Origin: a bacterium HR34
GTDB taxonomy: Bacteria > Patescibacteriota > Minisyncoccia > Minisyncoccales > HRBIN34
Length of the DNA stretch: 64,000 bases
Direction of reading: 5' to 3'
Assembly: GCA_002923395.1 (NCBI GenBank)
Contig: BEIK01000003.1
Coordinates: forward strand, 2,337-66,336
The position numbers and the translations under genes were made by a program. The notes beneath the pieces were generated by a model. The model did not search any database, was not told the origin of the DNA, and saw nothing but the letters and a program-made list of their open reading frames with translations. Of the stretch, positions 58,708-64,000 are shown in pieces. Every line of letters begins with the position of its first letter. Position 1 is the first letter of the stretch.

Positions 58708-58713
58708 AAGAAA

Positions 58714-58797
58714 TTAAAAACCTCCTCTTAAAAATAATGAAAATCCTACAAAGAAAATCATTCCAGCCACTATGAGGCCTGCTATGTCACCTTTCAT
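58714..58797 (-). CDS. possible 27-aa hydrophobic micro-ORF immediately upstream of secD
   Basis: MKGDIAGLIVAGMIFFVGFSLFLRGGF. The stop is 6 nt before the secD ATG. I see no RBS. Confidence 0.15.
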   Translation of the reverse strand: MKGDIAGLIVAGMIFFVGFSLFLRGGF

Positions 58798-58897
58798 ATA
58801 ATTAAGTTATTTAATCTTATTTTTATAAATATTAACTCTTTTTATAAAAAAAATCAACCCCCTTTTGAAAGGAAGTGAAAAATTCTATCCACAGTTT

Positions 58898-59605
58898 TTA
58901 TTGTTTTTTCTCGCTTATTCTGTTTTTCCATTCACGAAGGATTTCTGCTGCAATATCTTTTCCTCCCAAACCAAAAGCTAATCCTCCTGCTATTACTAAA
59001 AACGCAACTAAACCTTTGTATAGTATAATCAATGGTTCTGACTCTATTCCTATTTGCTTTAATATTATAACTATTGCAACTAACCATACAAACCATCTTA
59101 TTCCAGTCTCTACAACTTTTCCATAAGCCAAATTTAATCCCTCTACCCACATTCTTCCAATTTTAGACAAATAATTCCCTATAACAGCTGCCAATATAAA
59201 CATTATGATGGCGGCTATTATATTAGGCAACCATGATACTACCTTTTCCAAAAAATTAGAAAATTCTTTGAACCCAAGAAGGTCTACTGCTGCAAACAAG
59301 AATATTATTATTAAGATCCATTTAACAATAGAACCTATCAATGCTGATGGATCTACTTTCCATTCTGATTTTTCTAAAATTTTTGTCCATCCTATCTTTT
59401 CGAAAAGATGATTGAATTTTATTACCTCCAAAATTCTGCTTACAAATTTTCCCATTAAAGCAGATATAAAAACTCCTATTGCAAAAACTATAATTGCTCC
59501 AATAATTGATGGTAAGTATCCTAAAATTTGCGACCCTAATTGATTAAAAGTTTGAGTTAAAGGGTCTACAAACGCATTAACTCCTACACTGTTGATGTGT
59601 TCCAT
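58898..59605 (-). CDS. polytopic membrane protein with conserved-TM-helix repeats (mechanosensitive-channel-associated type)
   Basis: Repeated pattern LP.IIGAI.....G..I..........L; 235 aa. Confidence 0.5.
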   Translation of the reverse strand: MEHINSVGVNAFVDPLTQTFNQLGSQILGYLPSIIGAIIVFAIGVFISALMGKFVSRILEVIKFNHLFEKIGWTKILEKSEWKVDPSALIGSIVKWILIIIFLFAAVDLLGFKEFSNFLEKVVSWLPNIIAAIIMFILAAVIGNYLSKIGRMWVEGLNLAYGKVVETGIRWFVWLVAIVIILKQIGIESEPLIILYKGLVAFLVIAGGLAFGLGGKDIAAEILREWKNRISEKKQ

Positions 59606-59772
59606 AGTTTTTATTTTAATAATTTTAATTAAGAAATTTTTAAAACGACCTTTATTAAAATAATTGTCTCATACTGAAAATACCTGTCAATAAAAAAAAT
59701 TAAAACTTATTTCTTGAAATTGTTTTAATGTGCTAAAATATATTAGAAACATATTTATTTACGGTAAATAAA

Positions 59773-60558
59773 ATGCAAGTTCTGGAATTAGTTTCTCATA
59801 AAAAATCAAATACCTTTATATCAGATGTTTTTAGTCTTGAAGATGAAAATCTAAATTTTTTTCTAGTTGGTAAATACAAAATTTCAGACAAAAAAGATAT
59901 TGAATCTAAGATTTTAAACAACATCGCCTTACTTGCGAATGAAATTTTACACTTAAAAATACCTAACCCAGAAGAACTTTTTTATTATATGCTTTCTAAA
60001 ATAAACGAACACCTTATTAACTTATCAAAAATTCAAAAAATAGATTTTTTAAAAAATTTGTCTTTGGCTTTGGTTTTAATTGACTTTTCTTCTCAAGAAT
60101 ATAAAATTTTGTTTTCCAAAAAGGGCGATATTAAAATTTTATTGAAAAATGAAAAAGAAATTTTGGATTTATCAGAAAACTTTGAGGAGATATCTTTTTC
60201 TCAAGATTTTTTTAAAAACATAGGAGTTGGTGCTGTCAGCCCTGGCAATGTTTTATTTGTGTTAACTAATGAATTTATTGTAAACTTGCAGGAGAAAGAT
60301 TTAGATGAAGAGTTTTTTTCTTGTGATAATTGGATTGATTTTTGGAAATTTTCAAAGTTTTACAAAAAGAAAATTTTAAGCAATTCTGAATCTTGTGGAA
60401 TAATTGCAATTTTTACAGAAGAAAAACTTCTAAGATCACTAAAAGAAAGACAAAGTTTTCTTAAAAAGATGTTTTTTAGTAAAATAGGTTTGATAATAGT
60501 TTTTATAATAATTTTATTAATCGGGTTTTTTTATAATCATTTTATTAACAAAACTTAA
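59773..60558 (+). CDS. hypothetical protein with a C-terminal TM anchor
   Basis: 261-aa ORF ending in IGLIIVFIIILLIGFFY. I recognise no motif. Confidence 0.5.
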   Translation: MQVLELVSHKKSNTFISDVFSLEDENLNFFLVGKYKISDKKDIESKILNNIALLANEILHLKIPNPEELFYYMLSKINEHLINLSKIQKIDFLKNLSLALVLIDFSSQEYKILFSKKGDIKILLKNEKEILDLSENFEEISFSQDFFKNIGVGAVSPGNVLFVLTNEFIVNLQEKDLDEEFFSCDNWIDFWKFSKFYKKKILSNSESCGIIAIFTEEKLLRSLKERQSFLKKMFFSKIGLIIVFIIILLIGFFYNHFINKT

Positions 60559-60560
60559 AA

Positions 60561-60582
60561 ACTCCCCTGTTTTAAGGGGAGT
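60561..60582. terminator. stem-loop between convergent genes
   Basis: ACTCCCCT-GTTTTA-AGGGGAGT lies between the 59773..60558 gene and rplL. Confidence 0.55.
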
Positions 60583-60612
60583 CTTTAAGCCATCTTTTGA
60601 TTTTGATTTAGA

Positions 60613-61062
60613 TTATCTCAACTCTGCTTTTCCTCCTGCTGCTTCAATTTTCTTTTTGATTTCTTCTGCTTCTTCTTTCTTAACTCCTTGTTTTAAAACT
60701 TGTTCGCCTTTAGCTAAACTGTCAACAAAGTCTTTTGCTTCTTTCAATCCCTTACCTGTTACATCTCTTACTACTTTTATCATTTCAATTTTCTTATCGC
60801 CTGCTGATGTAATTACAACATCAAAACTTGTTTTCTCTTCACCACCCTCTTTTGTTTCGCCTGCTGTTCCACCTGCTGCTGGAGCCGCTGCTACTGCAAC
60901 AGCCGCTTGCGCAGATACACCAAATTTCTTTTCCAATATTTTAACTAACTCTGCAAGATCTAAAACTGTCATTTTCTCAATTTCTTCTACTATGTTTTTG
61001 AATTTTTCAGGAACTTGAACTTCCTGTTCTTGGTTTTCTTCTGTTTTTTGTTCATCTGCCAT
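60613..61062 (-). CDS. rplL: ribosomal protein L7/L12 (acidic N-terminal extension)
   Basis: [17 protein letters not shown], an Ala/Gly hinge, and a C-terminal domain K..VIK.VR..TG.GLKEAK..V. Confidence 0.9.
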   Translation of the reverse strand: MADEQKTEENQEQEVQVPEKFKNIVEEIEKMTVLDLAELVKILEKKFGVSAQAAVAVAAAPAAGGTAGETKEGGEEKTSFDVVITSAGDKKIEMIKVVRDVTGKGLKEAKDFVDSLAKGEQVLKQGVKKEEAEEIKKKIEAAGGKAELR

Positions 61063-61113
61063 AATTTTTATTATTAATTAATTTTAATTTTTAATTTATA
61101 AAAATCGACCATT

Positions 61114-61635
61114 TTATTGTTTTTTCTTTTGTATCTCAGATAAAGCCATAACTAATTTTCTCATATTACCTTGCAGAACATTTTGGAAGCCTGAAATTGG
61201 ATAAGAAAGAAGCCAAATAAGTTTTCCTTGAAGTTCTTTTTTACTGGGCAAGGCTGCTAAAGCCTCTATTTCTTGTTTTTCTTTTAATTCTCCTGCAAAA
61301 ATTCCTCCTAAAATATTAAGTTTTTTAAGTTTTTTTGATATTTTAGAAATTATTTTTACAGGTTCTATTTCATCTTCGAAACCTAAAATCAAACCAAATT
61401 GCCCCTCATATTTTTTTCTATCAAAAGGAATATTAAAATATTTTAAAGCTAATCCTACAAGAGTTTTTTTAACAACTGTGAATATAGCATTTACTTTTTT
61501 TAAGTCCTTTTTTAGCGCCTCTATATCTTTTGTTGCCGTACTCTTAAAGTCAACAAAAACAGCGATTTTTTGTTTCTGAAAATTTTCTTTTAACTGTTCT
61601 AATACTTTTTGTTTTTGTTCTCTTGTTTTTGGCAT
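61114..61635 (-). CDS. rplJ: ribosomal protein L10
   Basis: It lies directly upstream of rplL. K....E.L.E......I...D..G......LR..LK pattern; 173 aa. Confidence 0.85.
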   Translation of the reverse strand: MPKTREQKQKVLEQLKENFQKQKIAVFVDFKSTATKDIEALKKDLKKVNAIFTVVKKTLVGLALKYFNIPFDRKKYEGQFGLILGFEDEIEPVKIISKISKKLKKLNILGGIFAGELKEKQEIEALAALPSKKELQGKLIWLLSYPISGFQNVLQGNMRKLVMALSEIQKKKQ

Positions 61636-61876
61636 ATTTTTGATATTTGTTTATAAAATTAAAAAACTGCCTTTTTCCAAAGACAGCAAAAATTTACACA
61701 ATAACTAATTTTAAAACTTTTGCTTTTCCTCGGCAGGACTTATTTTTGCCTGTTGCCTGCTGTCTTCGGAAAATAGAAACTTCTGAAAAATAAAAAAAAG
61801 GGAAGAGATTAATAATTAGGTAGGTACCCAGAGTCAATAAGGTCCTTTCTGCTCTGATTCCCCTGGCTCTTTCATA
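61636..61876 (-). promoter_or_regulatory. structured 5' leader of rplJ-rplL (L10-leader-like, with a terminal attenuator hairpin)
   Basis: Two GC-rich folded blocks sit in an AT-rich UTR. The helix UUUUCC/GGAAAA encloses GCAGG/CCUGC across an asymmetric GA-containing internal loop (61724-61773). The hairpin CUGUC-N10-GGCAG plus U6 (61661-61686) lies just before the start codon. Confidence 0.45.
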
Positions 61877-61882
61877 CTTTTA

Positions 61883-61933
61883 ATTTTATATAGTCATATA
61901 TTTTTGTCAAGTTTTTGTATGAGATGAGTATAA
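61883..61933 (-). promoter_or_regulatory. candidate rplJ-rplL promoter with conserved upstream element
   Basis: Minus-sense TTATACTCATCTCATACA (61933-61916), then 5 nt, TTGACA (61910-61905), 16 nt, TAAAAT (61888-61883). Confidence 0.55.
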
Positions 61934-61967
61934 ATCTACTTTGATAAACAATCATTACTTTTCCAAC

Positions 61968-61985
61968 CTTTCACAACCGTGAAAG
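61968..61985. repeat. short hairpin with the same TTCAC/GTGAA core (weak family copy 4)
   Basis: CTTTCAC-AACC-GTGAAAG lies about 35 nt upstream of the conserved promoter element. Confidence 0.4.
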
Positions 61986-62037
61986 TGTGAAGAAGTAATA
62001 AATTTTATTAATCAATTTCAATTATTTCTTTAATTTT

Positions 62038-63042
62038 TTACCTTAAAAATTTAAACTTATTTTGTTTGTGTTCTTCAAAGGTTTTTGAGAAAATCGTTTT
62101 TCTATCTTTTGTTGTTAAATAGAACCAATAGTCTGACTCTATTGGATTTAAGGCTGCTTCTATGCTTTCAATTCCAGGGTTTGCAATCGGAGTTGGAGGA
62201 AGGCCTTTATATTTATATGTGTTGTAAGGAGAGTCAATTTCTAGATCTTTTCCAGATAGAGCCGGCTTTTTTTCTTCAAGAATATAATTTAAGGTTGCAT
62301 CTACTTGCAAGAGCATATTATTTTCAATACGCTTCCATAAAATTCCAGCAACGATTTTTTTGTCTTCTTTATTTTTTACTTCTTTTTCTAAAATAGACGC
62401 TATTTTCAAAACATTGTATAAGTCTTTAATATCTTTACCTTTCAGGTTTTCTTTATAATTTTCATACACTGGAGTTGCTTTTTTCTCAAAGTTTTTTAAC
62501 ATAATTCTAACAAAATTTTTTTCGTCTATCCCAAAGGGAATTTTGTAAGTGTCAGGAAATAAAAATCCTTCCAAACTTTCAGCATCATCTAAGAAAGAAA
62601 ACTCGTCTTTAAAATCTGACGCTTTCAGGTTTGACAATTTTAACTCTATTTTTTCAATATTATATTTTTCTACTATTTCTTTAATTTTTGCGTTTGCAAT
62701 ATCTTCTATTTCTTTTATTGTTTTCCCTTCTGGAATAGTTATATTTATTTCATACTCGGTGCCTTTTGTGAGTTTTTTTATAAGGTTGTAAAGTGTTTCG
62801 TTTTTTTCTATATAATAATAACCTGCCTTCAAATCAGAAAATAAAAGAAAAACAGGCTTCATAAAGATATTTTTAGGTATTATTTTTTGCTGTTCTAAAT
62901 TATTCAAAACCTCAAAAGCGCTCTGCCCCTTTTTCACCTCAAAGATTTTTTCTTTTTGAGTTGTTGTAAAAAGTGTAGAAATAACAATCGATATTAAAAA
63001 CGATATTAAAAATATAATTAATAAAGTGCTTTTAAGACTCAT
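62038..63042 (-). CDS. mltG: endolytic murein transglycosylase MltG (YceG-like)
   Basis: N-terminal TM. YceG signature region LQVDATLNY..........SPYNTYKYKGLPPTPIANPG. Confidence 0.85.
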   Translation of the reverse strand: MSLKSTLLIIFLISFLISIVISTLFTTTQKEKIFEVKKGQSAFEVLNNLEQQKIIPKNIFMKPVFLLFSDLKAGYYYIEKNETLYNLIKKLTKGTEYEINITIPEGKTIKEIEDIANAKIKEIVEKYNIEKIELKLSNLKASDFKDEFSFLDDAESLEGFLFPDTYKIPFGIDEKNFVRIMLKNFEKKATPVYENYKENLKGKDIKDLYNVLKIASILEKEVKNKEDKKIVAGILWKRIENNMLLQVDATLNYILEEKKPALSGKDLEIDSPYNTYKYKGLPPTPIANPGIESIEAALNPIESDYWFYLTTKDRKTIFSKTFEEHKQNKFKFLR

Positions 63043-63058
63043 TTTTTTATTAATTGTT

Positions 63059-64000
63059 TTAAGGTTGAGATGGTATTTGTTCTTGAGTTGGTATGGTTTG
63101 TTGTTCTGGTTGGCCTCGATTTTCTAGGGGCGCTTTATTTAAATTTTCATCTTTAAAAATAGGTTCTCCTTTTTCAAGTTTTTTGATAATTTCTTTTACT
63201 TGTTCATTGTTTGGGTTTAATTTTTCTACCTCTTTAAATTGTTCTATTGCTTTTTGTATTTCTCCTTGTCTTGCTAAAGTTAAGCCCAAATAGAATCTGG
63301 CGTTTGAATAATTAGGAAACGCTCCAACCAATATCTCGAATTGATTCCTTGCTTTATCGTATTTTTTATTATTGTAATAAACGACTCCTAAATTAAACCT
63401 AATATCAATATTTGCTGGGTCAACTTGCAATGCTTTTTGTAGGGTTTCTACAACTTTTTCTTGATTGCCTTCTTGGTTGTAAACAATGGCTAATTGATTG
63501 TAAGCTGGTATATAGTTTTCTTTTATTGATACAGCTTTTTCAGCATAATTTTTTGCTTCAGCTAAAAGAGTTTTCTTTTCTTCATTGTTATCTTGAATTA
63601 AAGATGCCTTGTATAATTTTAATGAAGCAATTTGCGTCATTACTTCTACATTTTTCGGATATAAAAACAAGACTTTTTCAAATGAGTTTATTGCAGCGTT
63701 CTCTAAACCTTGAATTGGTATTAAGTTGCTGTAAAAGTATCCTCTTTGCCTCCATATTGAGTAATTATTAGGATTTATTTTTTCTAAAATTTGGAATGTA
63801 TCATTTACTGATTGTAATAATTGTCCTCTTTGTATTATTTTTTCATCCTCCTTTAACCCTTGATTATTATTAATTTCAACAAGTTTATTTATTACATTTT
63901 GTATATAGTCCAAGTAGAACAGTGGTTGATTTGGCCAAAGTTGTACGGCTTGCAGGTTTTTATTCATGGCTTCATCTATTTTATTCTGTTGAGATAATTG
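63059..64000 (-). CDS. TPR-repeat protein, 5' end probably beyond the window
   Basis: Several 34-aa TPR-like units (A...FEKVL.L.P.N; AYNQLAIVYNQEGNQEKVVETLQKALQVDPAN; ARFYLGLTLARQGEIQKAIEQFKEVEKLNPNN). The frame stays open from 63967 to position 64000. Confidence 0.7.
   Translation of the reverse strand, partial: QLSQQNKIDEAMNKNLQAVQLWPNQPLFYLDYIQNVINKLVEINNNQGLKEDEKIIQRGQLLQSVNDTFQILEKINPNNYSIWRQRGYFYSNLIPIQGLENAAINSFEKVLFLYPKNVEVMTQIASLKLYKASLIQDNNEEKKTLLAEAKNYAEKAVSIKENYIPAYNQLAIVYNQEGNQEKVVETLQKALQVDPANIDIRFNLGVVYYNNKKYDKARNQFEILVGAFPNYSNARFYLGLTLARQGEIQKAIEQFKEVEKLNPNNEQVKEIIKKLEKGEPIFKDENLNKAPLENRGQPEQQTIPTQEQIPSQP

Overview
This is an AT-rich, gene-dense bacterial chromosomal window. 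It looks like a small-genome Patescibacteria/CPR-type organism; that is inferred from compact genes, archaeal-type IPK and ApgM, extended ribosomal proteins and a 23S-5S unit without 16S. TGA is used as a stop codon, so the genetic code is standard. Most of the window is housekeeping: alaS, the infA-rpmJ-rpsM-rpsK-rpsD-rpoA-rplQ-rplM-rpsI block, murC/murB, secA, a 23S-5S rRNA pair, mreC-mreD-like-PBP2, greA, lysS, serS and a dcw-like cluster (MurF-like, FemAB, FtsQ-like, murD, ftsW, murG). It also holds gltX, rpmA, pyrG, rplI, an S41 protease, tRNA-Lys, hrcA-grpE-hsp20-dnaK-dnaJ, secDF, rplJ-rplL and mltG. Six things are worth a second look. (1) A roughly 330-nt GC-rich, highly structured RNA lies next to tRNA-Lys, has a tRNA-like 3' end, and I cannot fit it to tmRNA or RNase P RNA. 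(2) A conserved 16-17 nt element sits exactly 5 nt upstream of the -35 box of three strong-looking promoters (23S rRNA, rplJ-rplL, ctpA-rplI-pyrG). (3) A family of long GC-rich palindromes shares a TTCAC-GATC-GTGAA-type core. (4) A 1.4-kb block of decayed genes is bracketed by 18-bp direct repeats next to a tyrosine recombinase. (5) A MurF-like ligase has its N-terminal domain replaced by a polytopic membrane domain and is overlap-coupled to a FemAB transferase. (6) A Lys-rich micro-ORF plus terminator lies just upstream of secA. There are several pseudogenes: an ABC exporter with homopolymer frameshifts and a DUF6879-like gene with an in-frame TAA. I saw no CRISPR array, no rRNA intron and no recognisable defence system.
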